Shown here piece by piece: positions 63,197 through 64,000 of a DNA stretch of 64,000 bases. How positions within the stretch are numbered: position 1 is the stretch's first letter; each line of letters opens with the position of its first letter. Position numbers and translations under genes: made by a program. The stretch lies in assembly GCF_009914755.1 (NCBI RefSeq), contig NC_060927.1; one strand, written 5' to 3'. The stretch comes from the human T2T-CHM13v2.0 reference genome, Homo sapiens. The notes beneath the pieces are model-generated. The model saw only the letters and a program-made list of their open reading frames with translations, was not told the origin of the DNA and did not search any database.

Positions 63197-63460
63197 ACAA
63201 TGAGATCACATGGACACAGGAAGGGGAATATCACACTCTGGGGACTGTTGTGGGGTGGGGGCAGGGGGGAGGGATAGCATTGGGAGATATACCTAATGCT
63301 AGATGACGAGTTAGTGGGTGCAGCGCACCAGCATGGCACATGTATACATATGTAACTAACCTGCACAATGTGCACATGTACCCTAAAACTTAAAGTATAA
63401 AAAAAAAAAAGAAGTATTTTCCTACATTAAAAAAAAAAAAAAAGAAAAATGTAATGGGAG

Positions 63461-64000
63461 ACTTCCAGTCTAAATGAAATGGTAAAGACTTGTTTCTCCC
63501 CATGTCTCCTTATTAAATAAACAAACTCTGGAAATAACAAACAAGGCAACCAAAGGAGAACTCTGAAAGGTGCTTAAAGGAAGACGAGATGGTTTAGGAC
63601 CCCAGAGCTGAAGGAACAGCACAGCACGTGCACACCTTAAGTTCCCCCACCCAACAGAAGGAGGAGACCAAGGCCTGACATTTCCCAACCCCAACCTACC
63701 ACCCAGGTAGCCCAAGTAGGCTCATTCCTCCCACATTTGAATAGGAATCCTGTCAGTGCCAGGGGAGCCCTGCTAAATTGGCAAGGGGAAATCAATCAGG
63801 ACCCCCCCACCAACAATAAGTTTCCTGGGGAAGTGCTCTTCTTCCTTGCTGGGCCTGGGACTCCCCTGCTCCACAGAGAGATCCCAGGATGGCCAGGCAG
63901 CACTGGCAAGAAGGACCCTATCACAGCAAGCCTATGCCTGGAAACCTCATCAAAAGTAAGTGGGGCAGATGGGTGGCACTGGCAAGGGGGCCCCTGCCAC
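63461..64000 (+). mobile_element. Probable old L1M 5' region, at whose edge the young L1 inserted
   Basis: acttcc...aactctggaaataac...agaactctgaaaggtg resembles L1M 5' ends; weak match. Confidence 0.4.

Overview
Primate, almost certainly human, genomic DNA inside ANO10 (TMEM16K, Ca2+-activated ER phospholipid scramblase; SCAR10 ataxia gene), which runs on the minus strand. Four phase-0 coding exons are present: 57220-57294, 52777-52959, 46835-47026 and 41282-41410. They match canonical exons 8-11, about F407-E599 (numbering recalled from the reference protein). Bases 1-41281 lie in the long downstream intron. The rest is mostly transposon-derived: about 18 Alus, old L1M/L2/MIR fragments, MaLR/ERVL LTRs, a MER11 (HERV-K HML-8) solo LTR, DNA transposon relics and tandem repeats. 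The most interesting structure is a full-length, retrotranspositionally dead L1PA2/PA3-type LINE-1 (57389-63399, 16-bp TSD) lying antisense to ANO10 only 95 nt from the exon-8 acceptor. Its antisense promoter points into exon 8, its YY1 site is point-mutated, and its 5'UTR is the short, ZNF93-site-deleted type. One antisense donor would fuse an L1-derived ATG-AAC-CCG in frame to exon 8, and an antisense AATAAA sits near the end of ORF2. Together these form a candidate 'gene-breaking' / truncated-ANO10 system; this is inferred and not shown to be expressed. Repeat subfamily names come from recalled consensus motifs, and boundaries of old repeats are approximate.
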